This document shows positions 26,262 to 40,355 of a DNA stretch of 64,000 bases, piece by piece; within the stretch, counting starts at the first letter, position 1; each line of letters begins with the position of its first letter. The notes beneath the pieces were generated by a model. That model did not search any database, was not told the origin of the DNA, and saw nothing but the letters and a program-made list of their open reading frames with translations. This DNA is from Eledone cirrhosa (lineage: Eukaryota): positions 16,368,001 to 16,432,000 of the forward strand of contig OZ024757.1 in NCBI GenBank assembly GCA_964016885.1. The letters are read 5' to 3'. Made by a program: the position numbers and the translations under genes.

Positions 26262-27248
26262 GAAATTTGGTAACGAAAGGGTTAAGTTATGTTCCAAATA
26301 ACAGCTTAATAATTGTTACTAATTTAGATATAAGGCTTCCAGAATGTACTCCATTAGAAATTTGGTAACGAAAGGGTTAAGTTATGTTCCAAACAACAGC
26401 TTAATAATTGTTACTAATTTAGATATAAGGCTTCCAGAATGTACTCCATTAGAAATTTGGTAACGAAAGGGTTAAGTTATGTTCCAAACAACAGCTTAAT
26501 AATTGTTACTAATTTAGATATAAGGCTTCCAGAATGTACTCCATTAGAAATTTGGTAACGAAAGGGTTAAGTTATGTTCCAAACAACAGCTTAATAATTG
26601 TTACTAATTTAGATATAAGGCTTCCAGAATGTACTCCATTAGAAATTTGGTAACGAAAGGGTTAAGTTATGTTCCAAACAACAGCTTAATAATTGATACT
26701 AATTTAGATATAAGGCTTCCAGAATGTACTACATTAGAAATTTGGTAACGAAAGCGTTAAGTTATGTTCCAAACAACAGCTTAATAATCGTTACTAATTT
26801 AGATATAAGGCTTCCAGAATGTACTCCATTAGAAATTTGGTAACGAAAGGGTTAAGTTATGTTCCAAACAACAGCTTAATAATTGTTACTAATTTAGATA
26901 TAAGGCTTCCAGAATGTACTCCATTAGAAATTTGGTAACGAAAGGGTTAAGTTATGTTCCAAACAACAGCTTAATAATTGATACTAATTTAGATATAAGG
27001 CAACCAGAATGTACTCCATTAGAAATTTGGTAACGAAAGCGTTAAGTTATGTTCCAAACAACAGCTTAATTATCGTTACTAATTTAGATATAAGGCTTCC
27101 AGAATGTACTCCATTAGAAATTTGGTAACGAAAGGGTTAAGTTATGTTCCAAACAACAGCTTAATAATTGTTACTAATTTAGATATAAGGCTTCCAGAAT
27201 GTACTCCATTAGAAATTTGGTAACGAAAGGGTTAAGTTATGTTCCAAA
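26262..27248. repeat. 95-bp satellite, about 10.4 copies
   Basis: GAAATTTGGTAACGAAAGGGTTAAG... recurs at 26262, 26357, 26452 and onward. Confidence 0.97.
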
Positions 27249-27359
27249 TGCCAGTTTTATAATGAGAAAGTTAGTCATATTACTAAATCTCTCAAACTTT
27301 TTCATGATAATCAAAGTGTTTTGAAAATTAGAGACCGTGTCTCTATCACTGCAAATATG

Positions 27360-27512
27360 ATAATTGTTTCTACTATTGCTACAAAGGCCAGCAATTACCC
27401 AGTACATTACTGGTACTTTATTTTATCGACCCCGTAAGGATGAAAGGCAAGGTTAACCTCGGCGGGATTTGAACTCAGAATGGCAAGGGCCGTAACTCTA
27501 TGCGTCAAAGCA
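27360..27512 (-). mobile_element. SINE S1 (5' truncated)
   Basis: Reverse complement of S1. Confidence 0.85.
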
Positions 27513-28344
27513 TAATGAAAGGATTAAAGCAAATACATCTGTTCGAGAAAGACAAGATATGCAAGAAAGGCCTGGATCCATTTGTAATTTCCTCTCACAT
27601 ATTTGAACCCACTTCATATTAAGATCAGTTGTTTTTCTACTAGGTTAAACAAATAGCCATAATGGCTATCTTTCCAATAAATGAATCGCGTGATGGCAAA
27701 CCAATATCTCTTGACCCTCGTGAAGCAATCGATGTATTTTGTTGTGTTGTGTTATATTGTATTTTTAGTTTTTACTATATATATGTTGTTTTTTTTTATC
27801 ATTTTTGCTTTCACTGAAGACAAACGAGTATGGAACTCTAGAAGAAGACGACGAGGAAGAAAAGCGAAAGCATTTCCCTCTCGTTCATTATGAAGAACGG
27901 TAAAGGAAATAGCTAAAGGGATATGGGAACGGGCGGCGGCGGAACAGCGGTGGGGTGGGGTCTCACAATAATTGGATAGAACGACCAAAACTGGTCGCTT
28001 CTAGCTTCTCAATAATATTTCGACAAACGTATTTCTGATAATGGAAATTGAATGAAATAAAACGGTAAAAAGGAGGGGCGGAGCGAAGGGTGGTATGGAG
28101 GGAGGATTTTGAAATGCCAAGGGGGCTTTTTTTACATGGAATAGGAGGATATTATCAGATAGGTTGTTTATTGTATTGGTTAGATGATGGAATATTATTT
28201 AACGATGGACAGAGAAAATAATTTCTATCAAAGTAATACGACACGATAATTTAATTATTACCATACTTGCAAACCCAAAAGCATCGTGCATGGTGTTGGC
28301 ATGTAGCATGCTGGCACGGCGTGTGTGCGTATGTGTGGTATCTA

Positions 28345-28379
<35 letters not shown>

Positions 28380-28385
<6 letters not shown>

Positions 28386-28484
28386 AACAAGGGGAGAAGA
28401 ATACTGCATGGTTGCACATGGATTACATATTATAAAATTAGTCCCTCATCAGTGATTTGCCAACCATCATTGGTATTTCATCGC
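28380..28484 (-). mobile_element. Family F4 fragment
   Basis: Minus strand GCGATGAAATACCAATGATGGTTGGCAAATCACTGATGAGGGAC...ATATGTAATCCATGTGCAAC aligns with 13063-13140. Confidence 0.7.
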
Positions 28485-28557
28485 ATATATATATATATAT
28501 ATATATATACAGGGGGATGTGTATAAATGTATGTCTATGTGTGTATATATGTGTATG

Positions 28558-28597
<40 letters not shown>

Positions 28598-28643
28598 AGG
28601 AGATGTGTATAAATGTATGTCTATGTGTGTATATATGTGTATG

Positions 28644-28712
<69 letters not shown>

Positions 28713-28757
28713 GGGGATGTGTATAAATGTATGTCTATGTGTGTATATATGTGTATG

Positions 28758-28795
<38 letters not shown>

Positions 28796-28912
28796 AAACA
28801 AACAAAACACAGGGGGCAAATTTACGCACCTATATTAGGTTTTCTCTCTCTCTCTCACACACACGCACACTCTCTCTCTCTCACTCACTCACTCTCTCTC
28901 TATATATATATA

Positions 28913-28950
<38 letters not shown>

Positions 28951-29350
28951 CAGAGAGAGATGGGTTGGTGTATATCAATCTATGTCTATCTGTGTGTATG
29001 TGTATGTCGTCATGTATGTATTTATGTGTGTAAGGCCGTATGAATCTGCGTGCGTCCTTGGATTGAGACTTGCGTATGCATGTTTATCTGAACGTACATG
29101 TATATCAGTATAAGTGTGTGTGTGTGTCTGTGTGTGTGCGCGTGTGTGTGTGCGTGCGCGCGTGTGTGTGTGTGTGTGGTGGGCGGGGAAATAAGGAAGA
29201 AAGGAGAACAAAGAAAGAACTGCGCCTGTTTACTGTTGAACGACATGATTTGTATTAAGATATGATTTCACCTTCGTGATACACCGCTTCCTGTATTTAC
29301 ACACTACACCACTACACCATTCACTAAGGCGGCACACTTAACTTACAACT

Positions 29351-29555
<205 letters not shown>

Positions 29556-29620
29556 CATGTATATATAGTAGATTAGTAGATATAAATATGATATATATTA
29601 TATAATGTATATATACAGAG

Positions 29621-29703
<83 letters not shown>

Positions 29704-29708
<5 letters not shown>

Positions 29709-29900
29709 CTTGGTGATTAGAGGGTTAGCCTCGCAATCAGAAGGTTGTAGGTTCGATTCTCAAACCGGGCAGAAGGTTATGTTTTAGAGCAAGACACTTT
29801 ATTTCACGTTGCTCAAGTTCACTCAGCTGGTATAAAATGAGTTGGGATGTCACTGTTGCCAAGCTGTATCGGCCTTTGTCTTTCCTTTGGGCAACATCAT
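29704..29900 (+). mobile_element. SINE S2
   Basis: tRNA head with GGTTCGATTC and CORE-like GAGCAAGACACTTTATTTCACGTTGCTC. Confidence 0.82.
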
Positions 29901-29934
29901 ATACAGTGTATATATTGAGTCTATATAGTATACA

Positions 29935-30232
29935 CTGAGGATGAAGAACTCAGTGCTTCATGGGGTCCTCCCAAAAGTCAGCTCGAAAGTAACACAGAGG
30001 AGACTGAGGTTAGCTGGATGTGCACACCGACATTCAGAGGTGCCACTGAACTCAGTGCTCCTGTGGGAGCCCCTACACGGACAAACTAGAAGAGGGACAC
30101 CGAGACTGGCATGTGTTGATACCCTAAGGACAGATACAGGTCGCTTGGAGTCGCAGGACATGGCGGCGATGAGGAAAGACAGAGACCGCTGGAGAGAACT
30201 CGTCCATGGATCTCGGGTTTTTACCCACCCTA
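29935..30232 (+). mobile_element. 3' end of RTE-superclade LINE
   Basis: ORF 29941-30237 LPKVSSKVTQRRLRLAG...DRDRWRELV. Confidence 0.85.
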
Positions 30233-30653
30233 GATAGAGATATAGTGTATATATATAATGTATACACAATGTATATATGGAGTATACATAGTGCATATTG
30301 TGTATATATGAGTTGCGACGTCACTAGTGCAAAGATGCATTAGACTTTGCCTTTCTCTCGGACAACATTATATATAGTGTATATACAGTCTATATACAGT
30401 GTATATAGTGTATATATAGTACATATATGAGCTGTGATGTTACTGGTGTGCCAAGCTGTATCAGCCTTTGACTTTCCCTTGGACATCATCGGTGGCGTGG
30501 AGGGAAGACCCGTTTGAATAGGTGACAGTAGGTTTTCCATAAAATCACCTTGCCTGGGTCTTAGTTTTGAAGGGGGAAGTTTCTGGTCGCAGTAACGGTT
30601 CGCATTTCTTGTTTGATTAGCTAACAGTTTACTTACCAGCACAACTCTCTCTC

Positions 30654-30709
<56 letters not shown>

Positions 30710-30752
30710 CCTCCCTTTCTCTCTCTCTATCTATCTATCTATCTCCCTCTCC

Positions 30753-30790
<38 letters not shown>

Positions 30791-31419
30791 CTACCTCCCT
30801 CTCTCTCTATCTATCTATCTATCTATCTCTACCGACCTATCTATATATGTCTCTACATTATTTTAACATAACTAGATTGTTCTCTTCAAAATATTAGTTA
30901 TGTGATTTTCTATGATATTGGCAGTGCATAAAGCTCTGAGGTCTTGCATTTTTAGTCCTAATTCTCCAATTAAGCCGTCATAGATGCATATAATCGTTAT
31001 ATATTGTGTATCGATCTCCTTTGCTATTGTTAGTTTAACACTAATCTATACACCACCAGCTATTTAACAGTGATTTTGACCTGGAAATACAAATCTTTTC
31101 CATGTAAGGATGAAAGGCAAATCTAACTTTGGCGGGTTTGAACTCCGAACGTAAAAGGCCGTAACTCTGTGCTGCGAAGCATAATTAATAACGTATATTA
31201 ATAGTGAGGATGTTTGTGAGCAATGGACTTCATTTTGACATCCGATCTATACGTACGGAGAAAGAGAAGATGTGATGAATGGCATTATATTAGCGAGAGT
31301 GGTCAAGCGGAGAATTATGTTTATCATCCATCCTTGAAGGCAATCAAGGCCGTTGCTAAGATATTTCATAATAATATTTCTTTTACTTCATTGTTATTGT
31401 TGGAACAGACCGGACAATG

Positions 31420-31950
31420 CTGACAATAGCCAAGTGGTTGAAATGTCCGACTTGAGTGCGTTGTTTTGTTTGGGATGAGCGTGGGGGAGATTTCGGACAC
31501 GGAAAATGTGTGTAAGGCTTTGAGATGATTATACCTGTAATTTAAACGTCCAGCTTCGTCATGTATTGTGAAAAAGCTGGACAATGCTAGCAATGGCCGA
31601 GTTGTTAAGATGTCTGACCAAAGTCCGTCTTGTGAGAGGAATTTCGGATACGGAAAATGTTTGGTCAGTGTCAGATTATTATAGCTGTAATTTAAATGTC
31701 CAACCTTGTCATTTTATATGGCTGGACAACGTTTGTAATGGGCTAGTAGTAGAGATGTCCATCTTGTGAGGGGAATGTCGTACACGGAAAATGTTTGGGC
31801 AGCTGTCAGATGGTTATGGCTGTAATTTTAATGTCCAGCCTTGTCGCATATTATAAATGGCTGGACAACGCAGTTAATGGACAAGTAGTAAGGTCTCAAT
31901 CTTGTGAGGAGAGTTTCAGATACGGAAAATGTGTGGGCAGCTGTCAAGTG
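31420..31950. repeat. Degenerate tandem repeat of about 135-150 bp, about 4 copies
   Basis: ACGGAAAATGT..TGTAATTTAAA.GTCCA..GCTGGACAA recurs. Confidence 0.75.
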
Positions 31951-32529
31951 ATAAAACGATGAATTTATTGTTGAGCAGTAGTACACAGTAATGAAAGTAT
32001 TTTAAAATTGAAAAAATAATGGATTGAAATAATAAACATGAAGAGAGCCTTGTTCCATAATGTGTCATGTTGGTTCGGCATGGGGATTACGGTAAAGGTA
32101 CACGTGTCAGTGGAATACCCAGCCTCTGATTCTATAATACAGGATGGGATGTACCTGTCATTCAGAAAATACCTATAATTCCAAAGGTGAAGTCTTATCA
32201 AATAATATTGTGTTGCGCTCATTCAGTGGGAGGCGGGACGGGAATTTCGTTAATGGTACACGTGTCTGTGGAATATTCAACCATTTACATGTTAATTTAA
32301 GAGTTGGGAGTAGACGTTCAATTGCTAAAAAAATCAACTTAATACTCATCGTCGTGACGGACGAAGGATCCATTATCTTGTAATGTATTCGATCATTTGG
32401 AATATTCAACTCTTATCAAAATCTGCCGATAATCAAATAAATAACATTGAGAATCTTAAATTATAATTAATGAAGCTAAGAAAAATTTGTAACGTTGATT
32501 TAACGTCTGATGTTTTACCCGTTCCATCA

Positions 32530-33480
32530 TAAGAGATCTGTCGGAAAAATATCCGACTTTAGTTGTTTTGTTTTTTGGAGGAGGAGGTGAGTGGAAAGTA
32601 ATGACGTTAGGGTGATAAAAGTGTGCAGAGTAGAACTGCATACATTCATACGCATGCGTGTATTTTTTGTGAGCTGTCTAGATATGTCAGTCGCTGTCCG
32701 CTCGTCGCATTTTTATTTCGTCCGATACTGCGAACAATGATCCGGAATTCCGGAATTCCTGAACGCCGTGATAGCTGGAGACGAGATGAGTGTCAATGGG
32801 TGTGACCCGGAAAACAAGGCTCAGCCATCACAGTGGAAGTGTCCAACGCCACACGATGCTCAAAAAAGCACATGAGAGGTGTAACAATATCAAGCTGATG
32901 TTTACTGTTTTCTTCGATTACTGAGGTGTTGCGCATGACGAATAGGCACCTCGGACTTCTTCGTAATGCAATACAGCGCAAGAGAATAGATCTGTGGATC
33001 TCGTAAAACTGACAGCTGTGTCATGATAACACCCCAGCTCATTCGTCACCGCTGATACAAGGTTTCTTAATCCGAGTTTTAAGATCAAGCTTTAAGTCGT
33101 TTGATCAATGGAATGTCTGGCCCAACTCTTGAATTAAGAGGTAAGTGGTTAGATATTCCACACAGACACGTGTACGATTCGACAGGCACTCTACTCTCCA
33201 GACATGACTCCCTCAAACTTCTAGTTGTTCCGAAAAATGAAGTGGCCACTAAAAGGTTTTCACATTGAGCCTCAATCAAACATCTTAGGGACTGCTACGT
33301 CGAAGCTGAGGGCCATTCTAGAAGAGCACACTAGACCTGCTTTGAAGAATGGAAAGATCACCGGGATGAATGTATGGAGGCACAAGAGGCCTACTTCAAA
33401 GGGAATTAACAATTGAACCCCAGCAAATATATGAATTTTCCCCCAGCCTGAGGTCGGACACATTTTCGACGGAGCTTGTA
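32530..33480 (+). mobile_element. Decayed mariner transposon
   Basis: Broken frames give GDEMSVNGCDPENKAQPSQWK, SNIKLMFTVFFDY, HDNTPAHSS, YSPDM; degenerate TIRs at about 32530-32560 and 33449-33480; S3 fragment inserted near 33075-33180. Confidence 0.85.
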
Positions 33481-33762
33481 ATTCGGTATTTTCAATGAGA
33501 TCTTGAATGTTGCCACGAGAGAATGTTCTTCAAATAACCTTTTTCCGTCTTATCAATAAGTTTAATCAGTAAATCATTTTCTGTTTCTGTTTTCTGTTTT
33601 GTTTTTTTCGTATGGCCTCGAGCTCTGAAATGTCAGCTCGATCTTAAAGCTCGGATCAAGATCTTAATATTCCCGCAGGGGCAAAATAAACTAAAATTAA
33701 TTAATTATATAATAATAATGATAATGATGATGATGATAATAATAATGATAATAATAATGATG

Positions 33763-33810
<48 letters not shown>

Positions 33811-34427
33811 TATACAAAATCTTGTAAAAAGAGAGAAATTTGAGTCGTGAATCTCATGTTGAACCATTTTGTTAACTCTTTGTATTTGACTTTTACTATT
33901 TCTTTCTTCTACTCTCTCTCTCCCTCTCTTTATTTCTCTCCCTCCTTCTCTCCCTTTATTTCTCTCACCCCTATATTTCTCCCTCTCTCTCTCTCTCTCG
34001 CCCCCCTTTATTTCTCGCTTTCTTACACTCCTTCATTTCTCCAACTCTCTCTCTCCCCCTCCCTCTCCCCCCATCTCTCTCTCTCTCTCGCACTCTATCT
34101 CTCTCTATCTTCCCTCCCTCTTTCTTTTCTCCATTTTTCTATCATCATTAACTTTGCACCCGTACCGTATTATGAGACTGTCAGGATGTAAACAGAATGC
34201 AGAACAACCTCGGATCTGTTTCGGAAATATAGATAATCATACTCCGGTGTAATATCCTTTTGGCTACATCGCTAAATATATCCCGGTTCTGGCGGAATAA
34301 CTTTAAAAACTTGATAGTGAAAGTAGAAATCAATAAATGTTGTTTAAGCACAACAATCGTTCGTTAGCGAAGCTTTTTATACAATACATATTAATGGATA
34401 TTAGATATCAGATATCACACGTACGAT

Positions 34428-34459
<32 letters not shown>

Positions 34460-34476
34460 TATATATATAAAAAAAA

Positions 34477-35083
34477 GAGTACTCAATGCTTAGGGTAGTA
34501 GAGTGGGTAATAGGAAAAGAGTCACGACCCCGGCGGCTGAGGTCCGGCCGTTTCGACAGCTAGATCTGAAGTTTGACTAATGAATCATCAGTCGACCTTC
34601 AGACACCCGGACAGACGATCGTCCTCGAAGCTCACGAGCCACGTATGATCCCTCAAGGACATAGGCGTAAATTACTCCATCCAATGGAAAGTCATTACTA
34701 AGTTTAAGCCATAGGTAAATGGAAATTCGTCTTGTGGGCTGTGCGTTGAAGAAAGGATCAATATCCTGTGAGGTTTACGCAATAGCGCTTGTCTGAATTC
34801 AAGGAAAGAACTTTTTTCACGTTGTCCAAACGTATGGAAACACTTATTACATAATTACAAAGCTCCATAACTTGGATAATTTATTCCGAGCATCCACAAT
34901 GATATCCCCTACATCGATCTATTATGGGTTTACCTCCCCCAGGAGAAGTGACTGTTTCTACACATGCGAATTCGTACAGTTACGTATCGTTTTCCGTACA
35001 ACTTCATTTATACCGAGCTGATGACCCGAATAAGGTGCAACAATTGTTCTCGGTAATGGTGAATTAACTGTTGTGGAACTACT

Positions 35084-35087
<4 letters not shown>
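34477..35087. mobile_element. F3-related element in (TA)n with HHR-like motifs facing outward at both ends
   Basis: F3 tail on minus at left; degenerate HHR on minus at about 34536-34602; HHR on plus at 35011-35055. Confidence 0.6.
35011..35055 (+). ncRNA. Type I hammerhead ribozyme variant (GCAA instead of GAAA)
   Basis: TACCGAG-CTGATGA-CCCGAATAAGGT-GCAA-CAATTG-TT/CTCGGTA; 7-bp stem I, palindromic ACAATTGT stem III, weak stem II. Confidence 0.68.
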
Positions 35088-35162
<75 letters not shown>

Positions 35163-35172
35163 TATATATATA

Positions 35173-35514
<342 letters not shown>

Positions 35515-35521
35515 ATATATA

Positions 35522-35905
35522 TGTAGTGACCTACATTCAGCGGGCTCACATACATTCTCTGTGCGTGATTTGGCTCAGTTCAGCCAATCAGCGCCAATAG
35601 AAGAGGATGTATCCCTACGCGCCCTGAGGAAGAAATTCCCCGCGAAGATTTGAAGAATCTCTCTCTTGTACCGGAAACTTCAAGCCAGCAACACGCATAA
35701 TGTAGCAGTGAGATATTGCACCCCTAGCCTCGCCGGCTTAACGGCGCAATGGCACATTCCCTTTTGTAACCTCTTTTTATCTGTAACTTCAACCATATAA
35801 ATAAACAAACATTTCATCTCTAATTACTGCGGTTGAAGTCGTTGTTGTGTTACTCGTGTCTCAATGACATCTTTAATCCATGCTGCTGGAATTGGCGACC
35901 TGACG
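35522..35905 (+). mobile_element. Probable LTR (Gypsy-like) with primer-binding site
   Basis: Starts TGTAGTGA, has CCAAT boxes and AATAAA near 35800, followed by TGGCGACC at 35893. Confidence 0.45.
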
Positions 35906-36096
35906 AAAGGAATATTGTAAATAGATGGTAAATAGATCGAGGGACCTTCCCTCACGTCTATGTCAACAAGATAATCCAACGAGGATACTATCACTTACCA
36001 CACTGGCAACTAACGACCACTGATTCTACCACCCTGCTAAAGTGGCGATAACATCTATAACTAATACTGCTAAATATATATATATATATATATAAT

Positions 36097-36289
36097 TTGA
36101 CATTGCACTCAGTGCTCCTTTGGGAGCCCCTACATGGACACACTAGAAGAGGAAGACCAAGGTTAACATATGTTGATGCCTTAAGGACAGACACTGGTCT
36201 GTTGGAGATGCAGGATATGGCAGCGATAATGAGGGACAGAGACCGCTGGAGAGAACTCGTCCATGGATCTCGGGAATTTTACCCGCCTT

Positions 36290-36291
<2 letters not shown>
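36097..36291 (+). mobile_element. 3' end of RTE-superclade LINE
   Basis: LHSVLLWEPLHGHTRRGRPRLTYVDALRTDTG; same family as 2207-2455; between (TA)n tracts. Confidence 0.85.
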
Positions 36292-36356
<65 letters not shown>

Positions 36357-36362
<6 letters not shown>

Positions 36363-38105
36363 TACTACTCAGAGCTGTCCAACCATAGAGCCACAGAAGG
36401 TCCAGAAGTACTGAAAGTCCCTCCAGCAACCAAAAACGACAACTACCCCATCCTTCGCGAAGAAGTGGAAGCAGCTGTGAAATCGCTCAAGAAGGGGAAG
36501 TCTGCAGAAGTGGATATCTTAGCGGAGCTGGTGCGGGCTGGGGGAGCAGCACTGATAAGCGCCCTACTGACCATCGGCAACAAGATCTGGCAGACAGGGA
36601 AATGACTAACAACATGTCACTTATCATCACCCTCCTCAAGAAAGCAACCTACAATGATGCCAATATTATGGTACCATCAGCCTCATCAGCCATCCAAGGA
36701 AAGTCTGAAGCCGCAAGCAGAAAAAAATTGTCATTGAAGAGCAAGCAGGCTTCCGACCAGGGCGAAGCGCAACAGAGCCGATCTTTCAACCTGAGGAGAA
36801 TATGCGAAAGGTACTTCCAACATCAACAGGACCTCTTCCACGTCTTCGTGGACTTCAAGAAGGCGTTCGGCGTAGTTTGGCACACAGTATTGTAGGCCAC
36901 AATGAAGCTGTACAACATCAATGGTAACTTGATCAGGATGTCCTCAGTGCTGGACTAACCTATAAACACCAACGAGGAAGCCTAATTTTTTAAAATATAT
37001 TTATCATTAGTTTTTATTCACTAAATCAATGAATGTTCTGGAAATTGCTGTCGAAACGTCAAAAGCTCAGCCATCGGGTGCTGACTCTCTACAATTGATC
37101 AGGCTGATACGGAGCCTATATTGCAAAGCCACCAGCGCAGTCTATTTAAACAACAACGTTGGGGACTGGTTCAGCACCACAGCTGGAGTACGACAAGGCT
37201 GTTTGCTCTCTCCAACTCTCTGCAACATCGTCTTAGAGAGAATTATGACAGGCGCACTGGAATACTATGAAAGGACAGACATCATTGGCCGAAAGACTAT
37301 GAACTTGCGTTTTGCCAACAACATAGATAGTCTATCAGGGAAGGAAGAGGGGCTAGCCAACTTAGTGGAACATCTTAACAAGACTCCTACCTCCTATGTC
37401 ATGCAGATCAGTGCAGAAAAGACGAAAGTGATGACCAACAGCACCAACGGCATCAACACTGACATCAGGGTCAACGACGAGAAACTAGAGTGCGTCAGCA
37501 GTTTTTTCAAATACTTGGGGGCACTCATTTCAGATGAAGGGTCTAAACCTCGCTAGATCTGCCCAGACTAACGCAGCACTTCAAAACTTAAAACAACCTG
37601 GAATGACAAAAATTTAGTCCTCAGCTCAAAGATCAGACTGATGCACTCTCTGGTCATGTCCATATTCTTGTATTCCTGTGAGTCTTGGTCAATAACAGCA
37701 GATCTGGAGAGAAGAATACAGGCTACGGAGATGAGATGACTCAGAAATTCCTTGGCATCACCTACAGAGACCGCATATCCAATGAGGAGGTGCGACACAG
37801 AATTTGGCAAGCCATCGGGCCCTCCAAAGACCTGCTGAACATTGTAAAAAAACACAAATTGAGATGGTCCGGGCACGCGACAAGATCTTCAGGGATTGCC
37901 AAGACTTTCCTGCAGGGAACAGTACAAGGAGGAAGGAAGGGAGTCAGACAGAAAAAAATATGGGAGGACAACATTTCGGAATGGACAGGCATGAGGCTGG
38001 GTGCAACCATGTGGAGGACGAAGAGGCGAGAGGAATGGAAGGAGCTGGTTATCAGGTCATCTGTGGCGCCCCAACGGTCCACCAGACTACGGAACAGATG
38101 TGATG
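36357..38105 (+). pseudogene. Decayed RTE-clade LINE reverse transcriptase region and 3' end
   Basis: Motifs EEVEAAVKSLKKGKS, FVDFKKAF, GVRQGCLLSP, NLRFAN, FKYLGA, LRWSGH; several frameshifts and stops; 157-bp insertion. Confidence 0.92.
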
Positions 38106-38213
38106 ATATATATATATATATATTTATATACCAGGTATCACACCATATGAAATATAATTATAATACATATATCACATCATATCAAATAACATATTTCTTG
38201 TATGCCTGGACTC

Positions 38214-38762
38214 GTTCTTCTTCTTCGCCCACTTATTCCTGGGCGGGTCGTTGGGGCAGAGTCTTCAAACACTCCTTCAAGCGGGTCCTGTCAGAAGCAA
38301 CCATTTCCCACTGATACGGCTGAATCGCCAAGTGAAACTAGCCGAGCTCATGGATGTTAGCCCATGATCTTACTCGAGGTCTACTCCTGGGTCTCCTACT
38401 GGTTAGTTTTTTCCCATAAAATCCGTATTCAGCGATTCTTTCCTGCGACATTTTAACCACATGTCCACAATATCGGAGCTGTGATGTCTCAATTCGGAGA
38501 AGTAGCGGCTCAATCTGGAGAAACTCTCTGATCTCCGAGCTACGCACTCTATCGAGTAACGCGTTACTCCAAAGACTCTTGGAAGGAATCCCATTTCGGC
38601 CGCATGTATTCGTGATCGTATTATTTCAGTCATTACCCAAGATTCCTGACCATAGGTAAATGTTGGCACGAATACCGAATTGAAGATAGCGAGTTTGGCG
38701 TTTACACCTACCTCCCTTCTTCTGAGTACCGAATGTTGAATCTGGGGCATTAGTGCACCAGC
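38214..38762 (-). pseudogene. Decayed RTE (Rex3/Expander-like) LINE 3' fragment
   Basis: KLAIFNSVFVPTFTYGQESWVMTE..RIHAAEMGFL, IEPLLLRIETSQLRYCGHV; (GAA)n tail. Confidence 0.88.
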
Positions 38763-39389
38763 TCCTGGGTTTAAAACAAAAACTAAAATAAAATAAAACT
38801 GGAATATCAACAATCTCTATCAATATTCTCCTATTTAGTTATTCAGCCTTATTCCATTGATTTCCAAATCGAAACCTTTCAGCAAATTAAAGTATCGACA
38901 ATGTGGAGTGGGGAACAACAAATCGAAATAACATTAAAATCGAATGTTTAATGCTAACAATTTCTCTAGTTGATTGATACAATTTATGAAACCTGTCACT
39001 CAATATGGCGCATTATTTTTTATAAGATGTGTAGGATAAGGAGGGAAAAATCTTTCAATTTAAAGAGGAAATCGCTGACAGCTTTAACCTGAAAACGTCA
39101 AATTTTATCAAATTTCACTTATAATTTGAAAGATGAAACAATTTTATAAGGATTCCTTGAGAAGAGATGAGGACAAGCCTGAATGTAGAATCGAAAGAAA
39201 GCGTGTGTGCTAGAGGTTGGACTGACACGGCCTGATTCGCGTAGGATATGTGAAAGCTATGGTTGTAAAGGGTTGGAGTTGGGGCTATAACGCGGATACT
39301 GTCATGATTTTGATGGACAGATGTATATATATGTATGTATATATGTCTGCATGTCTGCATATATGGGGATGCGTATATATATAGATACG

Positions 39390-39421
<32 letters not shown>

Positions 39422-39525
39422 TAGTTATAGTTATAGGTGTGTGGTAAATACAGATTGAGTAGTGTGTAACCGTGACTGCACCATTGACTGGTAGCACCTC
39501 TTACTATAATATGGGTGTGTGTACG

Positions 39526-39623
<98 letters not shown>

Positions 39624-39660
39624 AATGAAAAATGGCGTGCTGTGTTGTTGCAAATGTGGT

Positions 39661-39808
39661 ATATAAATAAAATGAAGAATTAGAAATAGAAGCCAGGACT
39701 ATCCATCATCAGTGGTCTACTAACCGTCATAGGTATTTCTTCGCATACGGCTAGTAGACCACTGATGATGGATAGTCCTGGCTTCTATTTCTAATTCTTC
39801 ATTTTCTT

Positions 39809-39813
<5 letters not shown>
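39661..39813. mobile_element. Family F4 fragment as inverted duplication
   Basis: 39661-39726 is the reverse complement of 39747-39813; contains the F4 motif on minus. Confidence 0.75.
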
Positions 39814-39889
<76 letters not shown>

Positions 39890-39920
39890 ATATATGTATG
39901 TATGTATGTGTATATATATA

Positions 39921-39966
<46 letters not shown>

Positions 39967-40118
39967 TATGTGTATGTGTATATATATATATATATGTGTG
40001 TGTATGTATATATATATATATGTGTGTGTGTATGTGTATATATATATGTGTGTGTATGTGTATATATATATGTATATATGTGTGTATATATATATATATG
40101 TGTGTGTGTTTGTGTCTG

Positions 40119-40168
<50 letters not shown>

Positions 40169-40293
40169 AGTATATGTGTTTATGTATCTAAGTGTGTGTA
40201 TATATATATGTGTGTGTATGTATGTGTATATGTTTGTATGGTGTCTAGACAATATGTTCCTTGATTTAATGATCACGCTGTATATTGCTATAA

Positions 40294-40355
<62 letters not shown>

